64,000 nucleotides of DNA from Nitrospinales bacterium (GTDB taxonomy: Bacteria; Nitrospinota; Nitrospinia; Nitrospinales; VA-1), in contig OZ252246.1 of NCBI GenBank assembly GCA_965249625.1, positions 2,258,236 through 2,322,235 on the forward strand, in the 5' to 3' direction. Positions 62,693-64,000 of this stretch are shown here, piece after piece. The notes below the pieces were generated by a model, which was not told the origin of the DNA, made no database searches, and was given only the letters and a program-made list of their open reading frames with translations. Within the stretch, counting starts at the first letter, position 1, and every line of letters begins with the position of its first letter. The translations under genes and the position numbers were made by a program.

Positions 62693-63313
62693 ATGGAATT
62701 TTCAGAAACTGTTCAACAACGCCGATCTATCAAGTCCTACCAGCCCGGCAGAGAAATCAGCGATGCGGAGTTAAAAGAGTTAATGCAAGAAGTGGTGTTG
62801 AGTCCGAGTTCCTTCAACCTGCAACACTGGTCATTTATCGCCGCTAAGGACACTACCCTTAAAGAAAAAATCAAGGCCGCCGCCTGGGGCCAGGAACAGG
62901 TGGAAACCTGCTCGGTATTGCTGGTCATTTGCGGCAAATTGAATGCCCATGAGGACGCTCCCGAAATTTACCAGGGTGCCGCCCAAGGAATACAGGACAA
63001 GGTTCTTCCTATGATAAAAAATTTCTACGACGGCAAGGACCAGTTGCAAAGGGATGAAGCCATCCGCAGTGCCTCGCTGGCCGCCATGGTGTTAATGCTG
63101 GCGGCTCACAACCGGGGCTGGGCCACCGCGCCGATGATCGGCTTTGATCCTGAAGCGGTTTCTAAACTGGTAAACCTCAAGCCTAATTATATCCCAGTCA
63201 TGTTAATGGCCGTGGGATTTAAGAAAGAGGAGCCCCGGCCCAGGGACTATCGCCGGCCCATCAAGGAAGTGGTCAAAATGAACACGCTGGATGGCCCCGG
63301 TTTGATGGGATAG
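62693..63313 (+). CDS. Nitroreductase family protein
   Basis: RRSIKSY, LSPSSFNLQHWSF, LAAHNRGWATAPMIGFD. Confidence 0.85.
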   Translation: MEFSETVQQRRSIKSYQPGREISDAELKELMQEVVLSPSSFNLQHWSFIAAKDTTLKEKIKAAAWGQEQVETCSVLLVICGKLNAHEDAPEIYQGAAQGIQDKVLPMIKNFYDGKDQLQRDEAIRSASLAAMVLMLAAHNRGWATAPMIGFDPEAVSKLVNLKPNYIPVMLMAVGFKKEEPRPRDYRRPIKEVVKMNTLDGPGLMG

Positions 63314-63372
63314 AGCAGTTCATGAATTTTTTGATATACCGGTTTTTCATAACATCTTAAGAAAGGTGTGCA

Positions 63373-64000
63373 ATGATCATCGTCATGGCCCCGGATGCAA
63401 CCCCGGAGCAGGTAGAAAAGGTAGAAGACACCATCCGGGAACTCGGTTACACCCCGCATGAAATTGTCGGTGTGGAACGTAAAGTAATAGGGGCCGTGGG
63501 TGATGAGCGCGGTAAAGACCGCCTGCAATCTATAGAAACCATGGGTGGAGTCGAAAGCGTATTCCCCATTCTCAAACCCTACAAGCTTGCCAGCCGGGAA
63601 GTGAAATCCACTCCATCTGTAATTCGGGTCGGGGAGGTTGATATCGGCGGGCCTGCGATCGCCATTATCGCGGGACCCTGTTCGGTGGAAAGCAAAGAAC
63701 AGATATGCACCACTGCGAATCTGGTTAAAGATGCCGGAGCCAATTTTCTTCGAGGAGGTGCCTACAAACCTCGAACTTCCCCTTACAGTTTTCAGGGAAT
63801 GGAAGAGGACGGACTCAAACTGCTGGCCTCTGCCAAAGAGGCTTCCGGCTTGCCCATTGTCACCGAAGTGATGAATCCGCGCGAGATTGATCTGGTCGCA
63901 AAATATGCCGACGTCATTCAAGTCGGAGCCCGGAATATGCAGAATTTTTCATTATTGAAAGAACTGGGAAAGATCGACAAACCCATTCTTTTGAAACGAG
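63373..64000 (+). CDS. aroF: 3-deoxy-7-phosphoheptulonate (DAHP) synthase, type I-beta with N-terminal ferredoxin-like domain (3' end outside window)
   Basis: Hand translation MIIVMAPDATPEQVEKVEDTIRELGY...IAGPCSVES...LRGGAYKPRTSPYSFQG...IQVGARNMQNF...KPILLKR is collinear with Thermotoga-type DAHPS (from memory); absent from the ORF track because it has no stop in the window. Confidence 0.85.
   Translation, partial: MIIVMAPDATPEQVEKVEDTIRELGYTPHEIVGVERKVIGAVGDERGKDRLQSIETMGGVESVFPILKPYKLASREVKSTPSVIRVGEVDIGGPAIAIIAGPCSVESKEQICTTANLVKDAGANFLRGGAYKPRTSPYSFQGMEEDGLKLLASAKEASGLPIVTEVMNPREIDLVAKYADVIQVGARNMQNFSLLKELGKIDKPILLKR

Noticed and set aside
63247-63921. 224-aa ORF on the minus strand
   Set aside because: It lies antisense to a clearly recognisable DAHP synthase reading frame, and its own translation has no recognisable motifs.

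Overview
Bacterial chromosomal window with about 60 supportable protein genes and 3 tRNAs. I saw no rRNA and no CRISPR array.

**Core genes**
- 1-2.7 kb: yidC (3' part), mnmE, an EF-hand protein.
- 7-30 kb: two paralogous B12-radical SAM enzymes, an NHL-repeat protein, a four-gene all-cytochrome-c operon, DUF1015, engB, a ferredoxin, an LptF/G permease, Ppx/GppA, ilvB, an MBL hydrolase.
- 46.5-64 kb: Spy/CpxP-like protein, Rrf2 regulator with nirK, TPP enzyme, ALDH, two FGE-type proteins, a sigma-54 activator with a divergent operon, pirin, DoxX, nitroreductase, DAHP synthase (3' end outside the window).

**Accessory regions (most interesting content)**
1. 32.9-46.3 kb: a decayed mosaic island anchored at tRNA-His. 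Two degenerate partial tRNA-His copies lie at about 37.2 kb and 42.3 kb.
   - It holds a minimal 252-aa orphan reverse transcriptase with about 400 nt of ORF-free, hairpin-rich leader.
   - A YwgA/Panacea-like gene plus a SAMHD1-like HD phosphohydrolase pair sits next to it.
   - An XRE gene there carries an in-frame TGA and a perfect palindromic operator.
   - The island also holds a visibly GC-rich selO-transporter patch, a DUF932 gene, and IS3-like and IS30 elements.
2. 4.2-6.9 kb: an AT-rich cassette with a small ORF plus an 823-aa Rad50/RloC-like ABC ATPase (CPLC zinc hook, C-terminal zinc ribbon).
3. An IS5-family element and a family of MITEs sharing its 16-bp terminal repeat.
   - They are nested at one palindromic hotspot (30.6-32.2 kb), each with a 9-bp duplication.
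   - One further copy splits an NmrA-like gene.

Several REP-like hairpin repeat families, candidate regulatory sites and pseudogenes are also listed. All calls come from reading the translations and the DNA by eye. No database search was run.
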